From positions 4,848-68,847 of the forward strand of contig JAPOTT010000008.1 of assembly GCA_026709025.1 (NCBI GenBank): a stretch of 64,000 nt of DNA. The letters are read 5' to 3'. How positions within the stretch are numbered: position 1 is the first letter of the stretch; every line of letters starts with the position of its first letter. A program made the translations under genes and the position numbers. Under the pieces are notes generated by a model that was given only the letters and a program-made list of their open reading frames with translations, did no database searches and was not told the DNA's origin. This stretch comes from a bacterium. GTDB lineage: Bacteria > Actinomycetota > Acidimicrobiia > Acidimicrobiales > Bin134. Shown piece by piece: positions 20,618-31,364 of the stretch.

Positions 20618-22258
20618 CTAGTTGCTGCGGCCCAAAGCCTCGGTGGCAACTTGTTTGGCCCAAACGTAGTTGGGCTTGCCGTTAGCACCGCGTTGCACCG
20701 CAGGGGTGCGCACGATGGATTTGGGCAGCTTGTAGGAGGCCAAACGGCTACGAGCCATGGCAAGTATCTCCGCATCGGTAGCCTCTCCGCTCAACTCAAC
20801 CACTGCGGTCACAGCCTCTCCCCATTTGGGATCTGGTATGCCCACCACCAAGCAATCCGTCACACTCTGGTGAGCCTTGAGCGCCTCCTCCACCTCTTCG
20901 GGGTAGATCTTCTCCCCCGCACTGTTGATGCAAGCCGAACCGCGCCCCAACAAGGTGATGGTGCCATCTGCTTCCACGGTGGCCCAGTCCCCAGGAATCG
21001 ACCAACGCTGCCCTGAGATGATGCGAAAGGTAGCTTTAGTTTTCTCTGGATCGTTGTAGTAGCCAACGGGTATGGGACCTCCCACCGCCAACAAACCTTG
21101 TGTGCCAGAGCCTGGCTCTACTGGTTGGTCGTTTTCGTCAAACACAGCAGAGTGTCTGCCTAGCTGAAAGCGGCCCGTAGCCGAGCGGTTTTCACGGTCG
21201 CTCACCTTAATGGCCGTGCCAGTGCCCTCGCTAGAACCCAGCGTGTCCACCAACTTCATGTTCTTGTGAGCCAACAGCGCCTCTTTTACTGGCTGGCTCC
21301 AAATCACCCCCGAAGACATGATCATAAAAACCGAGGATATGTCATACGGCTTGTTCTGGGCTGCTGCGGCATCTAGAGCCTCGGCCATAGGCTTGGCAAA
21401 GGCATCTCCCACGATGGTGAGAACCGTTGCGCGATGCTGTTGCACACAACGCCACACTGCGTCAGCATCAAAGCTGCGCTGCGGCATGGTTATAAGAGCG
21501 CCGCCTTGAGCAAAAGTAGCCAAAGAGATGATGCTAGCGGTGCCATGCATAAGGGGCGATGCCGCTAGCTGCCGGGTGACACGGTTGGTGTCGCAGATTG
21601 TCTGCACGTTTGCTTGAACTTCTAGGAGGTTTCGTGGAGTGGGTAACCGCAACGCCCCAAATGTGGGCTCCATGGTGCCCATGAGCGAGCTGTGGGGCCA
21701 CATAACGCCTTTGGGATGCCCGGTTGTACCACCGGTGTAGAGTATCCACAGGTCATCGGGGCTGCGGCCAATAGGTGGGGCTGGAGCGCTGCGGGAGATG
21801 AGCGCCTCGTAATCCAGCGCCCAGTCGGGCACCTCATCTGTGGGATTTGTGGGATCTGTGGGCTCACCTACGCAGATACAAGCCCGCAAAAGCGGCAAGT
21901 CGGCTCGAGCCTGTTCCACCTGTGAGGCTAGTTCGGCAGAAAAAAACAGCACTTTGGCCTCAGCATCTTGAAGCAAGTAGCGCAGTTCCCCTGCGGTGTA
22001 GCGGTAGTTCACGTTGCAGGGAGCGGCCCTTGCCTTAAACGCTCCAAACGTGGCCTCGCTGTAAGCGTTGCCGTTGTACAAATACAAGCCCACATTGTCA
22101 CCAGCGCCAATGCCCAAGTTACCTAACACCGCAGCTAAACGAGCCGACCTGTCTTCAAACTCTCGCCATGTGCGCGTAACAGGCCCACAAACCAGCGCAT
22201 CTGCCTCAGGCACCACCTTAGCTACAGCTTCCCAAACATCAGCCAAATTCAAAGACAT
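20618..22258 (-). CDS. Acyl-CoA synthetase (FadD19-like)
   Basis: NVNYRY, YTGGTTGHPKGVMW, PGDWA, GEKIYPEEVEEALK; start MSLNLAD. Confidence 0.88.
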   Translation of the reverse strand: MSLNLADVWEAVAKVVPEADALVCGPVTRTWREFEDRSARLAAVLGNLGIGAGDNVGLYLYNGNAYSEATFGAFKARAAPCNVNYRYTAGELRYLLQDAEAKVLFFSAELASQVEQARADLPLLRACICVGEPTDPTNPTDEVPDWALDYEALISRSAPAPPIGRSPDDLWILYTGGTTGHPKGVMWPHSSLMGTMEPTFGALRLPTPRNLLEVQANVQTICDTNRVTRQLAASPLMHGTASIISLATFAQGGALITMPQRSFDADAVWRCVQQHRATVLTIVGDAFAKPMAEALDAAAAQNKPYDISSVFMIMSSGVIWSQPVKEALLAHKNMKLVDTLGSSEGTGTAIKVSDRENRSATGRFQLGRHSAVFDENDQPVEPGSGTQGLLAVGGPIPVGYYNDPEKTKATFRIISGQRWSIPGDWATVEADGTITLLGRGSACINSAGEKIYPEEVEEALKAHQSVTDCLVVGIPDPKWGEAVTAVVELSGEATDAEILAMARSRLASYKLPKSIVRTPAVQRGANGKPNYVWAKQVATEALGRSN

Positions 22259-22397
22259 ACCCCCGCACCCTACTACCCCCACCCCACACCCGTAAGCACT
22301 AGAGTCCACAGCAGCAACATTAAGCATTCAGAATGCGGGCATCTAAGGGTTGCGGGGATGATAGAACGCCGTAATACAGAAGAACCCTACCGCAAAC

Positions 22398-22419
22398 TGT
22401 CATACCCCCTTTGTAAGGT
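22398..22419 (+). promoter_or_regulatory. PafBC/RecA-NDp-type promoter, likely leaderless transcript
   Basis: TGTCAT-N10-TAAGGT, 6 nt upstream of the ATG of the SbcD-like gene; fits TGTCGG-N10-TAnnnT spacing. Confidence 0.6.
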
Positions 22420-22425
22420 GTAGGC

Positions 22426-23565
22426 ATGGTTAAATTCATTCATACCGCCGACTGGCAGTTAGGCATGACTCGGCATTTTCTAGCCGGTGAGGCCCAAGCC
22501 CGTTTTGACGGTTCCCGCATAGACGTAATCAAAACCATCGGCAAGCTAGCTACAGAGCAGGATTGCAGCTTCGTGGTGGTTTGCGGTGATGTGTTCGAGC
22601 ACAACCAGGTGTCTTGGGAAGTGGTGGGCCGGGCTCTCGATGCTATGGCAGCCACCCCGCAGGTTGTCTTCTACCTGCTAGCTGGCAATCACGACCCTCT
22701 TGATGCATCCTCTCTCTACACTTCGGGAACCTTTCTGGCACACAAACCAGACAATGTTGTTGTGCTAGATAGCTCTGTTCCCGTGGAGGTAACCCCTGGG
22801 GTTGAGTTGATAGCAGCCCCCTGGTACACCAAGCGCCCGCTAACAGATTTAGTTGCCGAAGCTTGCGCCCACCTGCAACCTAATGGCACGGTTCGCATCG
22901 CAGTGGGCCATGGCGCTGTCGACTCATTATCGCCCGATGACGCTAACCCGGCCCTTATCGGTCTTGGCCCCATAGAAGCAGCCATAGCTGATGAGCGCGT
23001 TCACTATGTAGCATTGGGCGACCGCCATTCCACAACTAATGCAGGAAACACTGGCCGGGTGTGGTACTCGGGCGCCCCTGAACCCACCGACTACCGCGAA
23101 ACCGACCCAGGCAAGGCCCTGGTGGTAACTCTGGACACACACGAATGTGCAGTTGAACAGCACTCAGTTGGCACATGGCGTTTTGTCAGCCACGATCAGG
23201 AGCTAACAAGCGCTGACGATGTAGACACTCTAGAGGGTTGGCTTAACAGTCTGGAGCGTAAGGATCGCACAATCGTGAAGCTCTCTTTGGTAGGACAGCT
23301 ATCCCTGTCCCAAAAAACCCGTCTAGAGGAGATGCTCAACCTACAAGGTCTGGTGCTTGCGTCTTTGAACACGTGGGAGCGTCATAGCCATCTTGTGGTG
23401 AAACCCACCGATGCTGATCTCGAAAACCTGTGTTTGTCGGGTGCCGCCCAACAAACGCTCCACACGCTGATGGACATGTCTAATTCTACGGGTACAGCAG
23501 CAGAAGATGCCCAAGAGGCCCTGGCGCTGTTGTACAGACTAACTCAACAAGGAGAACAACGATGA
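22426..23565 (+). CDS. SbcD/Mre11-like metallophosphoesterase DNA-repair nuclease (YhaO/Rv1277-like)
   Basis: HTADWQLG, CGDVF, GNHD, ALGDRH, YSGAPE. Confidence 0.88.
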   Translation: MVKFIHTADWQLGMTRHFLAGEAQARFDGSRIDVIKTIGKLATEQDCSFVVVCGDVFEHNQVSWEVVGRALDAMAATPQVVFYLLAGNHDPLDASSLYTSGTFLAHKPDNVVVLDSSVPVEVTPGVELIAAPWYTKRPLTDLVAEACAHLQPNGTVRIAVGHGAVDSLSPDDANPALIGLGPIEAAIADERVHYVALGDRHSTTNAGNTGRVWYSGAPEPTDYRETDPGKALVVTLDTHECAVEQHSVGTWRFVSHDQELTSADDVDTLEGWLNSLERKDRTIVKLSLVGQLSLSQKTRLEEMLNLQGLVLASLNTWERHSHLVVKPTDADLENLCLSGAAQQTLHTLMDMSNSTGTAAEDAQEALALLYRLTQQGEQR

Positions 23566-26222
23566 GGCTACACAAGATTCAACTCAAGAACTACCGAGGG
23601 GTTGCTGACTGCACGGTGGAGTTCCCCGAACACGGCGTAACCGTGATTGAGGGTGACAACGAGGTTGGTAAAACCTGTATCCCTGAGGCACTGAGCTTAA
23701 TCTTGAATTATCGGGACGACTCAGAGCACAGATCAATCAAGGCAATAAAGCCCGTGGGCCGCGATAGCAGTCCCGAGGTAACGGTGGAGTTTTCAAGTGG
23801 CAGCTATCGCCTCAAGTACTTCAAGCGTTGGCACCGCAAGAACGAGACAGCCTTAGAAGTCTTTGCACCGCAACGCCAACAACTGAGCGGCCGCCAAGCC
23901 CACGAGAAGGTGGAAGCCATCTTAGATAAAACCCTAGATAGAAACCTTTGGGATGCCCTCATCATTAAACAAGGCTCAGGTGTGGGGCTACCACAATTTG
24001 GTTGCTCAACTTTAGGTGCAGCCTTAGATCAAGCTGCGGGAGGTGAAGCTTTTGGCGGCGACGGCGAGGACGATCTGTGGCAGCGAGTTGAAGGTGAACG
24101 CGCCAAGTACTTCACACCTACAGGACAACCGAATAAAGACCGTAAAGACCAGTCCAAAGACTTAGCCGAACTCCAAGCCAACACAAGCAGCCTCTCCAAC
24201 AGTCTAAACCAAATACAGGCCAACGCAGACGAAGCCAACAGCCTGCAACTAGCAGAGGCCAAACTTGAAGAACGCTATAAGCAAGCTAGCCAAGATGTAA
24301 CTGATCTTTCCGAGCGTTGGCAGGCCACTGAGGAGCTTCGTAATCAAGCCAAGCACCTAAAATCAGATCATGGCACTGCTCAGGCCAAGCTCAAAATGGC
24401 TGAAGATGCCCACAGCCGTCGCCAAGAGCTTATTCAACAAGTGCAGTCCCATGAACAGAACCAAACCCAACTGCAAGCTGAAGCGCAAAGGTCGGCTCCT
24501 AAGCTAGCTAGAGTTATGCAACGCAATCAAGAAGCTAAGCAAGCTCTTGAAGCCACTCAAACTTCTCTAACCAAAGCACAGGATGCTTTGCGGGAAGCTA
24601 ACGAAGATCGGGATTACCTGCGGAACGTGATTGAATACCAGCAGCTTGCCGAACGACAAAACAAGCTGGTTACAGCCGAGCGCACTCTGGGCGAAGCCGA
24701 AGCCCTTTTGGATGCCTCACAAGTAGACGAAGAATGGCTAGAACAAGTTGAGCAGGCCAAGCTACAGGTGGTAAGCCACCAAGCGGGACTTCAAGCTTCG
24801 GCTGTAGCTGTTGAGGTTACCGCTTTAGCTGCCACCGCAGCCTTGCTAGATGGTAAGCAGGTTACCTTAGCAAGCGGAGAGGTTACCCAAACAGATGTTA
24901 CCGACACGTGGGATTTTCAGATTCCCGACACAGTACACATCAAAGTACAACCCGGTAACAGCTATCAAGAACTAGCTGCTGCGGTGCGTTCATCAGAAAA
25001 CGACTATGAACGTCTGTGCCAAATAGGCGAGGTGTCCACTGTTGAGCAGGCTCGCCGCAAGATAGCAGAACAACAGGAGGCAGAAATCCGCCGTAAAACC
25101 GCGCAAGCTGAAATCAAAGAAAGCCTACGAGATCTCACCCCAGAGGTCTTAGCCCAAAAAGCACAGAACTTGGAAAAACGGGTAACCGAGTACCCCTCTA
25201 GGCGATCTAGCCTCACGCCCCTGCCCGATGACTTTGAACAAGCCAAACAAATCGCAGCAGTTGCTGAAGAAGCCGAGAAGAAATGTCGGGTTGCGTTTGA
25301 AAGCGCCCAAGCATCAGCTAGCCAAGCTAACAATGAAATCATAGAAGCACAGATAACCGAAGCTACAGATGCCCAGAAGCTGAAATTGGCTGGCGATGCC
25401 CTCGAACTTGCTCAACAAAAGCTAAAAACAAAACGGGCATCACAGCCTGACGACGAACTCCAAGCTGCCCAAGATGCTGCTACCGTCAACTTGCAGGCTG
25501 CTACTAGCGCACTCCAACAGGTGAACACGGAGCTTCAAGCCCTAGACATAAGCACTCTTGAAGCCAAGCTAGAAAACGCCAACAACGTGCAAGCCAAAGC
25601 AGAAAAAGAGCTGCAAACTAATCAGAACCGCCAAGTAGAGTTGCGCGGTTGGTTGGAGGCACAAGGCGAGGCGGGACTACATTCCGAACTCAACCAAGCC
25701 GCAAGCAAACTTGAACACACTACCCGGCAACAAAACCAGACTGAGAAGCGAGCCCGGGCTGCTGCGTTGCTCTATCAGGTCTTTCACCAAGAGCGCCAAC
25801 AAGCCCGACAACGCTATTTGGCCCCCTTCAAAAGCCGTATCGATCAGCTAGGGCGCATTGTGTTTGGGCCCAGCTTTGAGGTGGAACTAAATGAGGATCT
25901 CAAACCAGTCAAAAGAACTTTAAACGGCACTACGCTTGATGTTGAACAGCTCAGCGTGGGTGCCCAAGAACAACTCAGCGTGATCTCTCGGTTGGCCTGT
26001 GCAGCTATCGTCAGCCCTTCGGGTGGCGGTGTGCCTGTAGTTATAGACGATGCCTTAGGCTGGAGCGATCCCTCTAGGCTTGCGGCAATGGGCACAGCCA
26101 TAGCTACCGCTAGCACGCAGTCGCAGGTGATATTGCTCACCTGCACACCAGATCGCTACAGCCATGTGGGTAACGCCAGCGTTGTACGTTTGCCTATTGC
26201 AGATAGTGTTAGCAACCCATGA
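23562..26222 (+). CDS. SbcC/Rad50-like SMC-family ATPase (YhaN/Rv1278-like)
   Basis: Walker A GDNEVGKT, long coiled coil, LSVGAQEQL signature, Walker B VVIDDALG; ATGA overlaps at both ends. Confidence 0.85.
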   Translation: MRLHKIQLKNYRGVADCTVEFPEHGVTVIEGDNEVGKTCIPEALSLILNYRDDSEHRSIKAIKPVGRDSSPEVTVEFSSGSYRLKYFKRWHRKNETALEVFAPQRQQLSGRQAHEKVEAILDKTLDRNLWDALIIKQGSGVGLPQFGCSTLGAALDQAAGGEAFGGDGEDDLWQRVEGERAKYFTPTGQPNKDRKDQSKDLAELQANTSSLSNSLNQIQANADEANSLQLAEAKLEERYKQASQDVTDLSERWQATEELRNQAKHLKSDHGTAQAKLKMAEDAHSRRQELIQQVQSHEQNQTQLQAEAQRSAPKLARVMQRNQEAKQALEATQTSLTKAQDALREANEDRDYLRNVIEYQQLAERQNKLVTAERTLGEAEALLDASQVDEEWLEQVEQAKLQVVSHQAGLQASAVAVEVTALAATAALLDGKQVTLASGEVTQTDVTDTWDFQIPDTVHIKVQPGNSYQELAAAVRSSENDYERLCQIGEVSTVEQARRKIAEQQEAEIRRKTAQAEIKESLRDLTPEVLAQKAQNLEKRVTEYPSRRSSLTPLPDDFEQAKQIAAVAEEAEKKCRVAFESAQASASQANNEIIEAQITEATDAQKLKLAGDALELAQQKLKTKRASQPDDELQAAQDAATVNLQAATSALQQVNTELQALDISTLEAKLENANNVQAKAEKELQTNQNRQVELRGWLEAQGEAGLHSELNQAASKLEHTTRQQNQTEKRARAAALLYQVFHQERQQARQRYLAPFKSRIDQLGRIVFGPSFEVELNEDLKPVKRTLNGTTLDVEQLSVGAQEQLSVISRLACAAIVSPSGGGVPVVIDDALGWSDPSRLAAMGTAIATASTQSQVILLTCTPDRYSHVGNASVVRLPIADSVSNP

Positions 26223-27316
26223 GCAGTTCTGTAGGACGATTGTTTCGAGTAACCACCTTTGGCGAATCACACGGTGGTGGCATTGGTGCTGTGGTGGATG
26301 GCTGCCCGCCCAGGCTGGCGTTGAGCACCGAGATGATTCAACAAGACCTAGACCGTCGCCGCCCCGGTCAAAGCAAGCTCACCACACAGCGTCAAGAAGC
26401 CGACCAGGTAGAGATCCTCTCTGGTGTGTTTGAGGGTCTAACCTTGGGCTCACCCATAGCGTTGTTGGTACGCAATAGCGATGCCCGCCCTAGTGCCTAT
26501 GACCACCTCAAAGATGTTTATCGACCCTCCCACGCCGACTACACCACCGATGCCAAATACGGCATTCGCAACTGGCAAGGTGGCGGACGCGCCAGTGCCC
26601 GCGAAACCATCGGCAGAGTAGGCGCTGGCGCCATTGCCCGTCAGTTGCTCATAGCCGTGGCCGACATAGAGGTTGTGGCGTGGGTGAGCCAGATTGGAGA
26701 TGTCTCTGCACACATAGACCCTGCGTTGGTCACGCTAGATGCAGTAGAAGCTCACCCCACGCGCTGCCCGTTACCAGAATCAGCAGAAGCTATGGCCCAA
26801 GCCATTGATGCCGCCCGCCGAGATGGAGACTCTTTGGGTGGAATAGTGGAGTGTGTAGCCCGAAACGTACCCGCCGGTTTGGGTGAACCGGTGTTTGACA
26901 AGCTTGAGGCCGATTTAGCCAAGGCCGCCCTGTCTTTGCCTGCCACCAAGGGCTTTGAGATCGGTTCGGGCTTTGCAGCCACAACGATGACCGGCAAAAG
27001 CCATAACGACCCTTTCATCGCTGGCTCTAGCGGAAAACCCCGTACCGCCTCCAACCGTTCTGGAGGCGTGCAGGGAGGGATTAGCAACGGTGAAGACATC
27101 CTGCTGAGGGTGGCCTTCAAACCAACCGCCACCATCGCTGCTGCTCAGCAAACGGTGGACACCAAAAATAATCCAGTTTCTCTGCAAGCCAAAGGCCGCC
27201 ACGACCCCTGTGTGCTGCCTCGGGCTGTGCCCATCGTAGAAGCGGGGGTGCTGTTGGTGCTAGCCGATCACTGGTTGCGCCAACAAGCCACCGATGTGCT
27301 CCACCAACCTCGCTGA
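26219..27316 (+). CDS. aroC: Chorismate synthase
   Basis: [34 protein letters not shown]. Confidence 0.97.
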   Translation: MSSSVGRLFRVTTFGESHGGGIGAVVDGCPPRLALSTEMIQQDLDRRRPGQSKLTTQRQEADQVEILSGVFEGLTLGSPIALLVRNSDARPSAYDHLKDVYRPSHADYTTDAKYGIRNWQGGGRASARETIGRVGAGAIARQLLIAVADIEVVAWVSQIGDVSAHIDPALVTLDAVEAHPTRCPLPESAEAMAQAIDAARRDGDSLGGIVECVARNVPAGLGEPVFDKLEADLAKAALSLPATKGFEIGSGFAATTMTGKSHNDPFIAGSSGKPRTASNRSGGVQGGISNGEDILLRVAFKPTATIAAAQQTVDTKNNPVSLQAKGRHDPCVLPRAVPIVEAGVLLVLADHWLRQQATDVLHQPR

Positions 27317-27357
27317 TGCCCGGCGATTTCACGTGCTAACACACCGCCACACCCACC

Positions 27358-28095
27358 ATGTCCCTACACACTAAGCCAACCGAACGCTCAAAGCCGCTAG
27401 GTCGCTTCAAGCAGGCCCTGATAGCCAGCAACAAGCTGTCGATCATTGCCGAAGTCAAGCGTCGCTCGCCTTCTCGGGGCAACCTAAACACTGCTTTAGA
27501 CCCAGCTCAGCTAGCTGTGGCCTATCGCGACGGCGGGGCAGTTTGTTTGTCGGTGCTCACCAACCAAGCTATGTTTGGCGGCAACAGCAACGATCTACGC
27601 ACAGCAGCTACGGCTTCTGGGCTGCCGGTGCTAAGAAAAGACTTCATCACGACTACCCAAGATGTTTACGAATCCCAAGAGATGGGTGCCGATGCCATCT
27701 TGTTGATTGTGGCAGACCTTGCCAACCCCGCCCCCTCAGACCCAGACCTCAAAGAACTACACAGCCTCGCCTTGTCGTTGGGAATGGATGTATTGGTGGA
27801 AGTAAAATCGCCCGATGAGCTAGATCTAGCTCTGGCAGCTAATGCTGAGATCATAGGTGTAAACCAAAGGGCTAAGCCCAAAAGCCAGGCATACACGATG
27901 GACTTCCAACGGGCCCAACAAATGGCACCACTGCTACCCAACAATGTGGTGAAGGTGGCTGAGTCTGGTATCGGCGTTGCTGGCGGAACTACCATAGACG
28001 CGGTTCGCCAAGCTGGATACGATGCCGCGTTGATCGGCGAGGCTCTGGTAACTGCCGATAATCCAGTTCTGCTACTCCAAGAGTTCTTGGCATAG
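27358..28095 (+). CDS. trpC: Indole-3-glycerol phosphate synthase
   Basis: IIAEVKRRSPSRG, LSVLT, LRKDF, GVNQR, VAESGI, LIGEAL. Confidence 0.9.
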   Translation: MSLHTKPTERSKPLGRFKQALIASNKLSIIAEVKRRSPSRGNLNTALDPAQLAVAYRDGGAVCLSVLTNQAMFGGNSNDLRTAATASGLPVLRKDFITTTQDVYESQEMGADAILLIVADLANPAPSDPDLKELHSLALSLGMDVLVEVKSPDELDLALAANAEIIGVNQRAKPKSQAYTMDFQRAQQMAPLLPNNVVKVAESGIGVAGGTTIDAVRQAGYDAALIGEALVTADNPVLLLQEFLA

Positions 28096-28133
28096 ACTTT
28101 TGGCTTAGACTGGAAACGATGAGGTTGTCGCCC

Positions 28134-29114
28134 ATGAAACACCGCACCATCACCTCGCTGTTGGCTTGTGCGTTGATTATGGCCTTGATTGGTGCAGCCT
28201 GCGGCTCGGACAGCTCCAGCACCGCCAACGACTCTGCAACACCCGCTAGCCCTAGCGCAACGGGAGTACCCGCCACAGCCGCCAACACAGCAACTCCGAA
28301 CTCAACAAACCAGCCAAACCCATCCAATCCAACCGCTGCACCCGCATCTACCAATACCACAACAGCCCCAACGCAGGCCCCCGCTTCCCAACAAGAACAA
28401 TCGGCCAATCTCACAGCTACCCAAGCCCCTGCGGCTGCTTCCACCACCTCGCCCGCCCCGCAACAGCCCGCGCCCACTGCTACCCAACAACCTGCACAAA
28501 CAACCGCCCCCCAACCCAACCAAACCCAAGCCCCTCCACCACAAACACCTCAACCACAAGCAACAACTAGGCCAACCCAACAACCTGCACCAGCACCCAC
28601 CCGGCCACCCGCACCCACCTCTCCAGAACCCACAAGGGCACCAACACCCACCCAAACACCAGCACCCACCCGGCTACCAACTCCCCCGCCAACCCCCATT
28701 CCCGCATCCGATCTTCCTTCGGTGCAGGTGACCAACGTTGCCACCGGCAACACCGTCAACCTGGCCAGCTACGCCCCCAGCAAGAAACCCATCGTTTTAT
28801 GGGCTTGGGCACCACATTGATCAACCTGTCGCCGGGAAGCCCCCGGCATCGAGCAGTTGGCTCGAGAACACAGCGATAAGTTCACCATCATCGGGTTGGG
28901 CACCCAAGACAGCCTGTCCTACGCCGAGAACTTTGTAAGCTCCACCGGCACAACCTTTACCATGCTGTGGGACTCTTCAGGTGCATCGTGGCGAGCGCTA
29001 GGCATCTTCGGTCAGCCCAGCGTAATTGTGATGGATCGTTACGGCCGTGAAACCAACAGGCGCGGTAGGGTATCAGAAAGCTGGCTGCTAGACGCGGTGG
29101 CTGATATCAGCTAA
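28134..29114 (+). CDS. TlpA/ResA-like thioredoxin-fold lipoprotein, probable selenoprotein (UxxC, UGA 28818-28820)
   Basis: Reading through the TGA gives LWAWAPH-U-STC-RREAP and joins ORFs 28119..28820 and 28857..29114 in one frame. Lipobox GAAC, P/T/Q-rich stalk, cis-Pro-like GQP. Confidence 0.8.
28821..28860 (+). promoter_or_regulatory. SECIS-like hairpin
   Basis: GCCGGG-AAGCC-CCCGGC stem-loop with loop about 16 nt 3' of the UGA, plus a lower CAAC(C)UG/CAGUUG stem. Confidence 0.5.
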
Positions 29115-29170
29115 AGCCACACACAAAACTAGCGGCTAGCCAGCTACCGGCTCTTAGCAACACCCTCTAG

Positions 29171-30238
29171 CTAAAAGCTTACAAACGGCAGCTTCACTAC
29201 TGTTGCTGCCACCTCGCTGCTCCGCATCTGCACAGCCAACACATCGCCAACCTGAACATCGGGGGGCACAAAAGCAAGCGCTATGCCAGCTTCCAAACCA
29301 ACCGAGAAGTTGCCAGAGGTAATCTCTCCTACCGCTTGGCCGTCGCGCAAAACTGCTTGGCCCTGCCGAGGCGGACGCCGGCTTTGCAACACCAAGCCTC
29401 GCAAGCGGCGAGCCACACCGCGTTCTTTCTCAGCCAAAAGGGCCTCCCGGCCAACAAACGTTGCCTTATCCCAGCTCACAACCCAACCTAAACCTGCCTG
29501 CAAAGGCGTGATGCCTTGTCCTAGTTCATGGCCGTGCAGGGGAAACCCCGCCTCTAAACGCAAGGTGTCGCGCGCTCCCAACCCCGCCGGTGCAATATCT
29601 GCTGCAAGCAAAGCATTCCAAAACGCCACAGCAGCTTCAGCAGGTACTGCAATCTCCACACCGTCTTCGCCGGTGTAGCCGGTGCCAGCCACGGTTAGAT
29701 TGACCCCTTCCCAGCCAACTGTGGCTACGCAGTTGCGCTCCACGCTGGCCGCATCTGCGCTAACCTCCGCTAGGCGTTTCCTAGCATTAGGCCCTTGCAC
29801 AGCCAACAGCGCCCGAGTGTGGGTTACATCGGCAATCTCCACATCGACACCGCCTAAGGCATCGCTTACCCGCAAGGTGTTAGAAGCATTGGGCATCACC
29901 TCAAAGGCTTGGTCGTCTACCCACCACACGATGATGTCGTCTAGAACCGAAGCATCATCTGCCAACAAGTGAGTGTACTGAGTGCGCCTAGGCCCTATCT
30001 TGGTTAAATCGTTGGTTAGCGTCTCCTGCAAGCGCTCTAGGGCTTTGGGGCCACGCACTCGCAAAGTCCCCAGATGACTCACGTCAAACACCACAGCATC
30101 GCTGCGACAAGCCTTGTGTTCAGCAAGGGTGCCATGAGGATACGACAAGGGCATCTCCCAACCACCAAAGGGCACCATCTTGGCCTCAAGCGCGCGATGA
30201 CTACCATCTAGCAACGACTGCTGCAACGAATCTGTCAT
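29171..30238 (-). CDS. gcvT: Glycine cleavage system aminomethyltransferase T
   Basis: FGGWEMP, FDVSHLG, TGYTGEDG, GLGARDTLRLEAG. Confidence 0.96.
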   Translation of the reverse strand: MTDSLQQSLLDGSHRALEAKMVPFGGWEMPLSYPHGTLAEHKACRSDAVVFDVSHLGTLRVRGPKALERLQETLTNDLTKIGPRRTQYTHLLADDASVLDDIIVWWVDDQAFEVMPNASNTLRVSDALGGVDVEIADVTHTRALLAVQGPNARKRLAEVSADAASVERNCVATVGWEGVNLTVAGTGYTGEDGVEIAVPAEAAVAFWNALLAADIAPAGLGARDTLRLEAGFPLHGHELGQGITPLQAGLGWVVSWDKATFVGREALLAEKERGVARRLRGLVLQSRRPPRQGQAVLRDGQAVGEITSGNFSVGLEAGIALAFVPPDVQVGDVLAVQMRSSEVAATVVKLPFVSF

Positions 30239-30295
30239 CGCTGATCTCTCATTGGCAATCTTGCATCAACCTAGCTGCTCCCCACCCTAGTTACC

Positions 30296-30694
30296 CTAGT
30301 TGCGCCCGACTCTGGTCAAGTCGCCTTGAATGCCAGAGGTGTCTTCAAACCCATACTTTGTTAACAAACTGTTGTAGTCACGCTGGCACAGCACCACCAG
30401 ATCTACATCGGGATACACATCACGCAGCTGTCTTACCTTGGCGTTCTTGCGGGTTATGTACTTTTGGCGGACGGTGGTGATTTCCACATAGCGATTGAAT
30501 GCAGGCAGATAAAAGTCGGGCGTAAAAGCCTCGGTAATATCGCCTGCTTCATTGCGAGACAACACAAATGTTGTGGGCTCATAGCTCCACTCAATGCCGT
30601 AAAAATCTAACAAATCGGCAAACTGACGCTCAGAATGGTGAGCAAACACGCCAGAGACTTTTGCCGTGGCTGTTGCGGAGCTGATGGGGCTCAC
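30296..30694 (-). CDS. Conserved hypothetical protein, PD-(D/E)xK nuclease-like fold
   Basis: WSYEP, FTPDFYLP, YVEITT pattern. Confidence 0.55.
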   Translation of the reverse strand: MSPISSATATAKVSGVFAHHSERQFADLLDFYGIEWSYEPTTFVLSRNEAGDITEAFTPDFYLPAFNRYVEITTVRQKYITRKNAKVRQLRDVYPDVDLVVLCQRDYNSLLTKYGFEDTSGIQGDLTRVGRN

Positions 30695-30709
30695 CCAACC
30701 TGCGGTTGC

Positions 30710-31234
30710 TTAGCTGCCTGTCTGGCTGATTGGGTGTTCAACCACCGCCTCAGGCTGCTCTAGTGCCGGGCCCGCATACCTGCGTTGCTGCTGAGCATCG
30801 GTTTCAACAGGCAACTCGCGAACCGCCGCTTGTACCTGCTGCACCAGTTCGTCCATGGGCAGATAAAAAGCACCCTGACCTTGACGCAACGCATCCAAAA
30901 GCTGCTCTTCGGTGCGTACCAACAAAGATTTGTTGCCCTGAATCACCAAATCAGCGCTAGCTAGGTCTTCGCCAAGCTCATCTCGCACAAAGTTGAACAC
31001 CTTACGAATCTTCTGTAGCACGATGCCCTCATCCAAGAGCCGCTTGATCAGCTTGAGCTCTAGCAAGTCTCGATAGGAATAGCGGCGCCGACTACCACTG
31101 CCCGTTGCTTGCTGAGCAGTTGCTGTCACCAAACCCATTCTGGTCCAGTGGTCAAGCTGCCGATAGGTGATACCAACAATCTCTTTTGTTTGCTCTGAGC
31201 TGAAGTCGCTAGCGATTTGTCCTTGAACGGTCAT
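30710..31234 (-). CDS. MerR family transcriptional regulator
   Basis: GITYRQLDHW...GSGSRRRYSYRDL. Confidence 0.9.
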   Translation of the reverse strand: MTVQGQIASDFSSEQTKEIVGITYRQLDHWTRMGLVTATAQQATGSGSRRRYSYRDLLELKLIKRLLDEGIVLQKIRKVFNFVRDELGEDLASADLVIQGNKSLLVRTEEQLLDALRQGQGAFYLPMDELVQQVQAAVRELPVETDAQQQRRYAGPALEQPEAVVEHPISQTGS

Positions 31235-31305
31235 TTACACTCTCCGAAGCTAAGGCAAGCCCCCTAATGTTCTTGGCTACATCAAGGTAACTACGCCGAT
31301 GGACT

Positions 31306-31339
31306 TCCACAGGCTAAAGCCCAACCTGTGGATTGTCAA
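31306..31339 (-). promoter_or_regulatory. Sigma-A promoter with overlapping palindromic operator for the merR gene
   Basis: Minus strand TTGACA-17nt-TAGCCT overlapped by inverted repeat TCCACAGG-N11-CCTGTGGA. Confidence 0.7.
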
Positions 31340-31364
31340 GCCCAGATTTTCAAAAAGCTACCGC

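Noticed and set aside
27989-28759. Several long alternate-frame and antisense ORFs
   Set aside because: By-products of the stop-poor, C/A-rich stalk coding sequence
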